Below are positions 47,151-55,449 of a stretch of DNA of 64,000 bases, in pieces. Where the stretch lies: the NCBI GenBank assembly GCA_044227095.1, contig JBGAFV010000001.1:1625127-1689126 (forward strand). Direction: 5' to 3'. The translations under genes were made by a program, and so were the position numbers. Under the pieces are notes generated by a model. The model saw only the letters and a list, made by a program, of their open reading frames with translations. It ran no database searches and was not told the DNA's origin. How positions within the stretch are numbered: position 1 is the stretch's first letter; every line of letters starts with the position of its first letter. Origin of the DNA: Chitinophagaceae bacterium (lineage in GTDB: Bacteria > Bacteroidota > Bacteroidia > Chitinophagales > Chitinophagaceae).

Positions 47151-48260
47151 TTAAAACAACTTCCCCTGCCCGCCCGGCACCCTGAATATGCTTGTATTCA
47201 AACTCCAGTCTTCTGCATTCATACCATAGAGCTTGCCGTATTTTTTATACTGCTGTGCTACCATTTGCGCAATATTCCCTTCACCCCGCATGCGTACGCC
47301 CCAGCGGGTATCGTTTACTTTTCCATCATGACTTTGTTCTATTAAATGCCACACCTTATCTGCACGGTCTGGAAAATTTTTATACAGCCAATCGTGAAAC
47401 AGTAATTTAATAGCACCATTTAAACGGATAAATGTATAAGCGGTAAACGTAGCACCATTATCTCGTGCGGCTTTCATAATGCGCTGCATCTCGTGTTCGT
47501 TTAGTCCGGGAATCATTGGCCCCATCATAATACCCATACGCACACCAGCATTGCTTAGTTCTTCAATTACTTTTAATTTTTGCTTTGCGGTAGTAGTGCG
47601 TGGCTCCATAACCCTGCGCAGATCTTCATTAAAAGAAGTAATAGATACCATGGCAGATACCAGTCGCTTCTTTGCCATTTCCTGCAATACATCTTTGTCT
47701 TTTAGTATCCAAGAGTTTTTAGTGAGTATGCCTACAGGCTGATTAAATTCGTTGCAAACTTCCAGCAGGCCTCTTGTAAGCCGGTATTTCTGTTCTGCAG
47801 GCTGGTAACAATCTGTGTTGCCGCTAAGCATTATAGGATAGCATTCATACTTCGGGTGCATCAGGTATTTGCGCAATAGCTGTGGTGCATTTTTTTTCAC
47901 TATTATTTTTTGCTCAAAATCCATTCCTGCACTGTAGCCCCAGTACTCGTGCACATTGCGTGCATAGCAATAAATGCAGCCATGCTCACAACCGGCGTAT
48001 GGGTTCATGCTAAAGCCCATGCCAACATCAGGGCTTTCTACTTTGTTTACTATCGTTTTAGATTCCTGTTCTATGTATTGTGTAGGCAATGCTGTTTCTT
48101 CCCATTCGTCAATGCCTTCAATATGTTCTTTTGTTACTTCGGTTTTTAAAAAACGGTTGCGTGTGTTTATTTGAGCGCCGCGGCCAGCATGGTATTGGGT
48201 TTGTTCGTCCTGGTTTTTTACAGCTACTTTATAGTGGTCTTGTTGCAGTTTGTCTGACAT
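47151..48260 (-). CDS. radical SAM protein, SplB-like DNA-repair-photolyase (PA0069) family
   Basis: CEHGCIYCYA is the CxxxCxxC motif with the family architecture. The start is at MSDKLQQD. Confidence 0.8.
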   Translation of the reverse strand: MSDKLQQDHYKVAVKNQDEQTQYHAGRGAQINTRNRFLKTEVTKEHIEGIDEWEETALPTQYIEQESKTIVNKVESPDVGMGFSMNPYAGCEHGCIYCYARNVHEYWGYSAGMDFEQKIIVKKNAPQLLRKYLMHPKYECYPIMLSGNTDCYQPAEQKYRLTRGLLEVCNEFNQPVGILTKNSWILKDKDVLQEMAKKRLVSAMVSITSFNEDLRRVMEPRTTTAKQKLKVIEELSNAGVRMGIMMGPMIPGLNEHEMQRIMKAARDNGATFTAYTFIRLNGAIKLLFHDWLYKNFPDRADKVWHLIEQSHDGKVNDTRWGVRMRGEGNIAQMVAQQYKKYGKLYGMNAEDWSLNTSIFRVPGGQGKLF

Positions 48261-48285
48261 GATTTCTAATTTTTTGTTTTTACAA

Positions 48286-48856
48286 CCACGGAGACAGGGA
48301 GGACACAAAGATGCACAGCGATTTTTTATACAGACCCGGAGGGGAGAAAAGTACACGGAGTTAGCATTAATTGAAGATCATTCGTTTGATTCCATCTTTC
48401 ATTAATGGAGTATGAAAGTTTAAAATATAGCCTAGGCGCTTGCCTGTTAATCTTAAATAACTTAATAATTGCGCTTCCCAAAGAATACAATAATCTTCCT
48501 GGGCTTTTAATTCAATAATAATTAAGTTGTCTATAAGAATACCAACCCGCAATCCACCTTCTATTATCATTGTTTCATAAACTATATTCACGCACTTTTG
48601 TTTTTCAAAAGGGATATTTCTTTTAGCCAGTTCGTAACAAAAACATTTCTCATAAATGCTTTCCAATAAACCAGCGCCTAATTTTTTGTGAACTGTAATG
48701 GCAATGTTTACAATTTGTCCTGTTAACCATCTTTCTCTTTCAGTAATAGGTTTAAAACCATTTTGCTGAATTTCATTTGTATCAGTTTTTAGCGTCATTT
48801 TCTAATAAAGTTTTATCATCTCCCTTTGCATCTTTGTGTCCTCTCTGTCTCTGTGG
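48286..48856. mobile_element. GxxExxY-gene cassette bounded by ~30-bp inverted repeats
   Basis: 48286-48315 CCACGGAGACAGGGAGGACACAAAGATGCA versus the reverse complement of 48827-48856, CCACAGAGACAGAGAGGACACAAAGATGCA (27/30 identical). A related fragment is at 50150-50190. Confidence 0.5.
48367..48798 (-). CDS. GxxExxY-family (PDDEXK_3-like) protein
   Basis: GAGLLESIYEKC contains GxxExxY. ~140 aa, which is typical of this family. Confidence 0.7.
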   Translation of the reverse strand: MTLKTDTNEIQQNGFKPITERERWLTGQIVNIAITVHKKLGAGLLESIYEKCFCYELAKRNIPFEKQKCVNIVYETMIIEGGLRVGILIDNLIIIELKAQEDYCILWEAQLLSYLRLTGKRLGYILNFHTPLMKDGIKRMIFN

Positions 48857-48864
48857 TTATGTCT

Positions 48865-49476
48865 TCACCCAAATAACTCACCCTGCTTTGTACTCACCGG
48901 CAAATTCATAAATTCAAAACGCCTTAATATCTGGTAAGGATTATCGCCCACCTGCCTTCTTAGCAAAAGCATACTGTCTGCAATAAAGCGACCGGTAAAA
49001 TGTTTCTGGCTGTATTCCAACCAGCCTTTTTCATATTGCCAGGGCAGCAGTTTACGTGCTACAGTAAGGTGCGGCTCGTCTATAAAATGTGGTTTGTTGT
49101 CTTTGTTCAGTTTCATTAACTGTTGAAAAGGGCGCATTTCTTTTACCAGGTTGCGTATAGGATCTTTGGTAGTTACATTTATAAAAATGGTGTGCGATGG
49201 AAAGCTGCCAAAATCTTTTAGTTCTACTTTAAAAGGATGATAGCCCATACCCACCGTTTTTAAGCGGTTAATAATGCGTTCTTCCATCATTGCGTACTGT
49301 AGAAAATTAACCAGTGTAATATGCGGCTTCCCCCAGCGGGCATTAGGTGCTTTATACGTTTCGTAAAAATCTTCTTTTACTTCTTTTATTTTATTGCGCA
49401 ATTCCTCATGCGGGTTTAGTACAAGCAGGTATTCATTTATTTTATAGCCGGGCAACGTAAGCGCTGATGGTTTCAT
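48865..49476 (-). CDS. 2H phosphoesterase superfamily protein (LigT-like RNA 2',3'-cyclic phosphodiesterase / 2'-5' RNA ligase family)
   Basis: Two H-x-T-x motifs (PHITLV and PHLTVA) spaced as in LigT. Confidence 0.6.
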   Translation of the reverse strand: MKPSALTLPGYKINEYLLVLNPHEELRNKIKEVKEDFYETYKAPNARWGKPHITLVNFLQYAMMEERIINRLKTVGMGYHPFKVELKDFGSFPSHTIFINVTTKDPIRNLVKEMRPFQQLMKLNKDNKPHFIDEPHLTVARKLLPWQYEKGWLEYSQKHFTGRFIADSMLLLRRQVGDNPYQILRRFEFMNLPVSTKQGELFG

Positions 49477-49521
49477 AACTGTATTTTTTTATTTCATTAA
49501 AAATTGTCATTGATTAAATAT

Positions 49522-49550
49522 TTAGTATAAATTTACTAAATAATTTAGTA
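49522..49550. promoter_or_regulatory. candidate operator: palindrome TTAGTA-N6-TACTAA plus a third TTAGTA half-site in the divergent LigT/umuD promoter
   Basis: TTAGTATAAATTTACTAAATAATTTAGTA, located 70-100 nt upstream of umuD. Confidence 0.3.
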
Positions 49551-49620
49551 TTTCAAAAAATAATTTTTCACCTTCTTTTTGGCATCATTAGCGACGCCTG
49601 AATGAAATAAAAACTATACT

Positions 49621-50055
49621 ATGGATGGAGAAATGTTTTACGGGGCCGCTTATAAAGGCTCTAAACAATACGGACAGCAAAATATAAGAACTGCCGATGC
49701 AACAGGCTTTGGTGCCGCTGCCGACGATTATGCAGAACGCGGCATTGATTTAAATGAACAACTGGTGCGCAACAAACCCGCTACATTTTTTATGCGTGTA
49801 CGCGGTGATGCCATGATTGGCGCCGGCATACACGATGGCGATATTGTAATTGTAGACAGATCATTAAAAGTTGCAAGCGGCAAAGTGGTAATTGCTATTT
49901 TAAATGGAGAAATGCTAATCCGAAGACTGGAAAAAACATTCAACAAAATTCGGTTGCTGCCAGAAACCAATAAACTATCGCCAATAGAGGTGGATACATC
50001 CAGTACTGAGTTTGCTATTTGGGGAATAGTAACTTATGTCATTCATACTGTATAA
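49621..50055 (+). CDS. umuD: UmuD-like S24 peptidase (LexA-like autoprotease)
   Basis: RVRGDAMIGAGIHDGDIVIVDRSLKVASGKVVIA contains the Ser-Lys dyad region (GDAM...K). Confidence 0.75.
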   Translation: MDGEMFYGAAYKGSKQYGQQNIRTADATGFGAAADDYAERGIDLNEQLVRNKPATFFMRVRGDAMIGAGIHDGDIVIVDRSLKVASGKVVIAILNGEMLIRRLEKTFNKIRLLPETNKLSPIEVDTSSTEFAIWGIVTYVIHTV

Positions 50056-50266
50056 AGAAGCGAGCAATATTTTTTTAGCCAAACAGTTGCGCACTATTCA
50101 GCATTGTTGCGTCGCACACTTGTACAGTATATCAGCAGGCGAGTTTTTTTGAACCACAGCGACACAGAAAACACAGAGAAGCACGGAGCTTTGATCAACG
50201 CATTGTATCATATAAGCAAATGCTATGTGCTTATATTTTTCTATGATTCTATGTGGTAAATAATTT

Positions 50267-51562
50267 TTGTACAGATTTATGAAAGCCATTATTGATTGCA
50301 ATAGTTTTTATTGTTCTGCAGAACGGGTGTTCCGCCCCGATTTGTTGAGTAAACCTGTTGTTGTACTAAGCAATAATGATGGTTGTATAATTTCCCGCAG
50401 CGATGAAGCAAAAGCTTTTGGCGTAGGCATGGCCGGTCCTTATTTTATGGCAAAGCCATTAATAGATAAACATGGTATTGAAGCTTTTTCTTCCAATTAT
50501 AATTTATATGGCGATATGAGCATGCGGGTAATGGATACTTTGCGTGCACTTTCTCCTTCGCCATCACTGGTAGAAGTATATTCTGTTGATGAAGCTTTTA
50601 TGGATCTCAGCCATATTAGTGCAAAAGATCTTCCTGAGTTTAGCAAGCATATAAAAGAAACAGTAGAGCAATGGACAGGTATTTCTGTTTCGGTTGGTGT
50701 GGCGCCTACAAAAACGCTGGCTAAGCTGGCCAATAATCTTGCTAAAAAAAATAAAAAAGAAAGCAATTGCGTGTACGTTATTGCTACTGAAGAAGAGCAG
50801 CGCATTGCATTGCAGCAAACCCGTGTTGGCAATATATGGGGTGTGGGTGGTGCATATGCAAACAAGTTGCTGAACCTTGGCATCATCAGCGCCTGGGAGC
50901 TACGCAATATGAGCGAAGAATGGGCACATAAACATTTAGGTGGCGTGGTAGGCGTACGCCTTATAAAAGAATTGCGGGGAGAGCCGTGTATAGAAATGAA
51001 AGATCCGCTGGAAACAAAAAAGATGATTGCTACTACGCGGATGTTTGGCGATCCTGTAAGTGATATAACTTCTATAAAAGAAGCAGTGGCTACTTATACT
51101 TCACGGGCGGCAGAAAAATTGCGCAGACAGTATAGTGCTGCTACTATGGTGAGTGTGTTTATTGTGGCAAAAGAACAAAACCATAATATAGATTTCAGGC
51201 ATGGGCCAAATATTGGCACTTATACTACATTGCCTGCTGCCACTTCTATTACCAATGAATTGATAAAGCCAGCCGTAAAGCTAATAGATCGGTTATACGA
51301 GCCCGGTACCTGGTATAAAAAAGCCGGTGTTATGCTTAGCGGACTTGTGCCCGATGCTTCTGTACAGGCCAATATGTTTTTACCTGATGTGAAAAATAGC
51401 GGCCGAAAGCTAATGGGCATGATAGACAATGTAAACTTTAGCATGCGTGATGATGTATTGAAGTTTGCAGCTTCTGGTACCACCCGCGACTGGAAAATGC
51501 GCCAGGAACTGCGCAGTCCACGCTATACCACACGTTGGGATGAATTGTATGAAGTGAAATAA
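50267..51562 (+). CDS. umuC: Y-family translesion DNA polymerase (UmuC-like)
   Basis: N-terminus IIDCNSFYCSAERVFRPDL...VVVLSNNDGC, the palm/fingers signature of UmuC/DinB. Confidence 0.85.
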   Translation: MYRFMKAIIDCNSFYCSAERVFRPDLLSKPVVVLSNNDGCIISRSDEAKAFGVGMAGPYFMAKPLIDKHGIEAFSSNYNLYGDMSMRVMDTLRALSPSPSLVEVYSVDEAFMDLSHISAKDLPEFSKHIKETVEQWTGISVSVGVAPTKTLAKLANNLAKKNKKESNCVYVIATEEEQRIALQQTRVGNIWGVGGAYANKLLNLGIISAWELRNMSEEWAHKHLGGVVGVRLIKELRGEPCIEMKDPLETKKMIATTRMFGDPVSDITSIKEAVATYTSRAAEKLRRQYSAATMVSVFIVAKEQNHNIDFRHGPNIGTYTTLPAATSITNELIKPAVKLIDRLYEPGTWYKKAGVMLSGLVPDASVQANMFLPDVKNSGRKLMGMIDNVNFSMRDDVLKFAASGTTRDWKMRQELRSPRYTTRWDELYEVK

Positions 51563-51576
51563 TTTTTAGAAGACAT

Positions 51577-52010
51577 GGAACGCAGATTTTTATGATTGTT
51601 ATGATTGACGCGGATTGCATTTATAATCTGCGCATTTGCGGCTAATTTTTATAGTTTCACGCAAAGGACGCAACAAAGCAGCGAACGCAAAGAAAAACTC
51701 CTTAAACTCTGTGAAAAAACTCACACAACTCTGTGGTAAATTAAATTGTCGCGCAGGGCTAGCAGAGTAAAAGAGGTAATCTGCGCATTTGCGGCTAATT
51801 TTTATAGTTTCACGCAAAGGACGCAACAAAGCAGCGAACGCAAAGAAAAACTCCTTAAGCTCTGTAAAAAAACTCATACGACTCTATGGTAAATTAAATT
51901 GTCGCGTAGATCTAGCAGAGTAAAAAAGGTAATCTGCGCATCTGCGGCTAAGATCATTTTCCGCAAAAAAATCATAGCTAATCAGCTTAATCCTAAGAAT
52001 CTGTGTTCCA
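51577..52010. repeat. tandem array (2 x ~145 bp plus flanking modules) of the modular intergenic repeat family
   Basis: Unit AATCTGCGCATTTGCGGCTAATTTTTATAGTTTCACGCAAAGGACGCAACAAAGCAGCGAACGCAAAGAAAAACTCCTTAAACTCTGTGAAAAAACTCACACAACTCTGTGGTAAATTAAATTGTCGCG... repeated at 51638 and 51778. Bounded by GGAACGCAGATTTTTATGATT and ATCCTAAGAATCTGTGTTCC. Confidence 0.7.
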
Positions 52011-52066
52011 TTATTAACCTGCAGTTATTAAAACGTATATTTATATACTACCAAAAAACAACGGAC

Positions 52067-53359
52067 ATGAGAAAGATTTTCCTCTTTTCAGCATTTCTCC
52101 TATTTGCAATTGTAACATTAGCACAAAAAACAATTGCTATTAAATGCGGAAAGTTGCTGGATACACGTAGCGGACAAACACTCAGTAACCAGGTGATTGT
52201 TGTAAAAGTAAACATTATTGAAAGCATTACACCTGCTGCAAACTTTACACAAAAAACAGACAGTGTTATTGATCTTTCTGCTTATTACGTATTGCCTGGT
52301 TTAATAGATTGTCACACGCATGTATTGTTGCAGGGAGATATTACCAGTGAAGATTATGACGTGCAATTACTAAAAGAATCTATTCCTTACCGTACACTGC
52401 GGGCATCTCGCAGTGCAAAGATTGCATTGGAAAATGGTTTTACCAGTATCCGCGATTTAGAAACAGAAGGAGCATTATATGCAGATGTAGATGTAAAAAG
52501 AGCAATCAACAATCATGTTATACCTGGTCCGCGTATGCAAGTGGCTACACGTTCAATCAATTCGTATGGGCATTACCCCATTCTTCCTAAAGAAACCAAT
52601 TGGGAATTGGATTGGCCAAAAGGTGTACAGGAAATTAATGGTGCAGATGAAGCAAGAAAAGCAGTACGTGAACAATTGGCGCATGGCGCCGACTGGATAA
52701 AAATTTATGCAGACCGCGGTTATTATCGTTTGCCTGATGGTAGTTACAGAAGCCGCCCAAATTTTACTGCTGAAGAAATTAATGCTATTGGCGATGAAAC
52801 CATTCGTTCCGGAAAAAAGATGGCAGCACATGCTGTTACAAGAGACGGTATCATTGCTTCTATTAATGCTGGTGTTAGTACTATTGAGCATGGCTTTGGT
52901 ATGGATGATGAATGCATGCAACTAATGGTTAAGAGAAATATTTTCTGGTGCCCTACCATTTATGTTTGCGATTATGTAGCAGAGGGGAGGGCCAAAGCAG
53001 GATCGCCTATCAATAAATACTTTATGGAGAGTATGCCAGCTTTGTTTAAAAAAGCAATGAATGCAGGGATAAAAATTGCCTACGGCACAGATATCGGCGG
53101 CTATAGTTGGGATGAGCCACAGGCAAAAGATTTTGAATACATGGTAAAATATGGAATGACGAACATACAGGCTATTCAAACAGCTACAACAGTTGCTGCA
53201 CAATTGTTTGATATGGAAGGAAAGATTGGCGAAATAAAAACCGGTGCTTTTGCAGACATTATTGCAGTAAAACAAGATCCATTAAAAGATATAAAAGCAT
53301 TACAGCACGTACAATGGGTAATGAAAGATGGAGTAGTATATAAAGTTGCGGGGTATTAA
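52067..53359 (+). CDS. amidohydrolase-family metallohydrolase (secreted)
   Basis: LIDCHTHV is the metal-binding HxH, then ...HAV...TIEHGF...GTDIG. The signal-peptide start is at MRKIFLFSAF. Confidence 0.8.
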   Translation: MRKIFLFSAFLLFAIVTLAQKTIAIKCGKLLDTRSGQTLSNQVIVVKVNIIESITPAANFTQKTDSVIDLSAYYVLPGLIDCHTHVLLQGDITSEDYDVQLLKESIPYRTLRASRSAKIALENGFTSIRDLETEGALYADVDVKRAINNHVIPGPRMQVATRSINSYGHYPILPKETNWELDWPKGVQEINGADEARKAVREQLAHGADWIKIYADRGYYRLPDGSYRSRPNFTAEEINAIGDETIRSGKKMAAHAVTRDGIIASINAGVSTIEHGFGMDDECMQLMVKRNIFWCPTIYVCDYVAEGRAKAGSPINKYFMESMPALFKKAMNAGIKIAYGTDIGGYSWDEPQAKDFEYMVKYGMTNIQAIQTATTVAAQLFDMEGKIGEIKTGAFADIIAVKQDPLKDIKALQHVQWVMKDGVVYKVAGY

Positions 53360-53391
53360 TAGCATTGCATCAAAAATTCCCCTGCATTATT

Positions 53392-53765
53392 AATCTGCGC
53401 ATCTACGGCTAAGATTATTTTCTGCCAAAAAATCATACCTATCTGCTCAATCATAAATCAGCGTTCTATTCCTGTCTGCGCATCTGCGGCTAAGATTATT
53501 TTCTACAAAAAATCATAGCTAATCAGCTTAATCATAAAAATCTGCGTTCTATTCCTATCCGCACATCTGCGGCTAAGATTATTTTCTGCAAAAAAATCAT
53601 AGCTATCTGCTCAATCATAAAAATCTGCGTTCTATTCCTATCTGCGCATCTGCGGCTAAGAATTTCCCCGCGGATTTATACGGGCTTAAAATGCAGATGA
53701 ATTGCAAAAGACAATCATAGCTTATCTTAATAATCATGACAATCTGTGTTCTATCTCACTATTCA
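53392..53765. repeat. tandem array of ~80-bp units (about 4 copies) of the same repeat family
   Basis: Unit TCTGCGCATCTGCGGCTAAGATTATTTTCTGCAAAAAAATCATAGCTATCTGCTCAATCATAAAAATCTGCGTTCTATTCCTATC at ~53389, 53470, 53552 and 53632. Copies are contiguous, with no unique spacers. Confidence 0.7.
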
Positions 53766-53845
53766 CCGGTCGCCACAGGCATTCTGCCGGAAAAAATCAG
53801 CCTCCTTAAAATATAATACCTTGCCACCCGTCTACCTCCTTATAC

Positions 53846-54424
53846 ATGGAGGAGTTACTGACGATACCGGCACAAATGACAACAGAGCAGAAAAGCAATA
53901 TCACACGTGTAATTAACGACTACAGCAGGCGCCTGCTGGGTTTTATACGCAAGCGGGTGACCAATGAGGCTGATGCTGAAGATATTCTGCAGGATGTTTT
54001 CTACCAGTTTATTGGTAATACCCAGCCGATTGAGCAGTTAACTGCCTGGTTGTTTACAGTAGCCCGCAATAAAATTACCGACAAACAACGCAAAAAGAAA
54101 CCCGAAGCCATTGAAGACTTGTATGCTTCCACAGAAGAAGAAATAGCTTTCGACTGGACGGAAATATTCTTTGATGATACAGGCAATCCTGAAACAGCTT
54201 ACCTGCGGAATTTATTTTGGGAAGCCCTTGATAATGCATTGAACGAATTACCACAGGAGCAAAGGGAAGTGTTTGTAATGAATGAAATTGAAGGTATCCC
54301 TTTTAAGGAAATTGCCGAAAAAACAGGACAGTCAGTAAATACATTATTGTCGAGAAAAAGATACGCAGTATTGCACCTCCGCGACAGGCTTAGTGTATTA
54401 AAAGATGAATTACTAAATTATTAA
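53846..54424 (+). CDS. ECF-subfamily RNA polymerase sigma-70 factor
   Basis: Region 2 DAEDILQDVFYQF, and region 4 HTH FKEIAEKTGQSVNTLLSRKRYAVLHLR. Confidence 0.85.
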   Translation: MEELLTIPAQMTTEQKSNITRVINDYSRRLLGFIRKRVTNEADAEDILQDVFYQFIGNTQPIEQLTAWLFTVARNKITDKQRKKKPEAIEDLYASTEEEIAFDWTEIFFDDTGNPETAYLRNLFWEALDNALNELPQEQREVFVMNEIEGIPFKEIAEKTGQSVNTLLSRKRYAVLHLRDRLSVLKDELLNY

Positions 54425-54434
54425 AATAAAAAAA

Positions 54435-54809
54435 ATGAGAAAGCAGTTTTTTGTGAAGAAGGCAATTGCCATACTTGTATTTGTATCTGCCTTTATTGTG
54501 GGATTGAGTTTTGCAGTAATGGCATTATGGAACAATATACTGGTTCAGGTGTTACACGTAAGTACAATTAGTTTCTGGCAGGCACTTGGCATTTTTGGCC
54601 TTGCTAAAATATTATTCGGAGGTTTTCCTGGTCCGCGTGGAAGATGGGGTGGTGGCCACGGAAGGTGGAAACAAATGGGTGAAGGAATGAAAGAAAAATG
54701 GATGAACATGACACCGGAAGAAAGAGAAAAGTTTAAACACGAGTGGAAAGCCCGCTGTGGCGGATGGAAAAGACCATCTGCGAGTGAAACAAACAAGACC
54801 TCTGAGTAA
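54435..54809 (+). CDS. small membrane protein co-transcribed with the ECF sigma factor (possible anti-sigma-like partner)
   Basis: It starts 10 nt after the sigma stop. Two TM helices, then a G/W/R/K-rich tail GGFPGPRGRWGGGHGRWKQMGEGMKEKW. Confidence 0.4.
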   Translation: MRKQFFVKKAIAILVFVSAFIVGLSFAVMALWNNILVQVLHVSTISFWQALGIFGLAKILFGGFPGPRGRWGGGHGRWKQMGEGMKEKWMNMTPEEREKFKHEWKARCGGWKRPSASETNKTSE

Positions 54810-55380
54810 ATTATCTGAAGTTGCTGCAAATAATTGCAGCAACTTTTTTATTTCACGCTAATGTATACGTATAGCCAAAAGATTCATTTAGTTCTTTGTC
54901 CTGCCAGCTGAAAACGTTAGACATTACCCGACTTTTTACCAATCAAAACCTTTATATGGAAATTCTCGTTTTTAAAACAGACGCACGAAACAAAAAACGT
55001 GTAAACGCTTTATCTAAGCATCTTGCAAACATACAGGGCATTATTAAGTGGAATGTAGATCTAAAAGATATTGATAATGTGCTGCGCATTGAAAGCGCAA
55101 GCCTTGCACCTGCCTTTATAGAAGAAAGTTTACAACACGCAGGATATTATTGTAAAGAATTGCAGGGATAAAGTATTTAAAAATTGGTTAGGTTTTTTAA
55201 CTGAATTCTTTTTGAGGTGCAAGCATTTGTTCTTTGTACATCATTGTTGCCCGTCCGAATGCCAGCCCGAAAGATTCATTCTGGCGGGGCTTAGCCGGGC
55301 GGACGTCGCACTCCTATAGTGCGAATCTTCACTGAGCCGTATTCGTCATGCAAAGGAGCAGCTCAAATAAGAAAACTCCT

Positions 55381-55425
55381 TTTACTCTGTGATAAAAAAT
55401 AATCTGCGAATCTGCGGCTAAAAAG
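55381..55425. repeat. solo copy of the AATCTGCG(A/C)ATCTGCGGCTAA module
   Basis: TACTCTGTGATAAAAAATAATCTGCGAATCTGCGGCTAAAAAG. Confidence 0.5.
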
Positions 55426-55449
55426 TTGACATTGGTATTTACGAGTCAA

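Noticed and set aside
53392-53765. CRISPR array (regular ~80-bp periodicity with the recurring CTGCGCATCTGCGGCTAAG word)
   Set aside because: Whole 80-bp units repeat contiguously with no unique spacers. The same modules occur dispersed elsewhere as MITE-like elements, and no cas genes are nearby. The same reasoning applies to 51577-52010 and 61486-61900.
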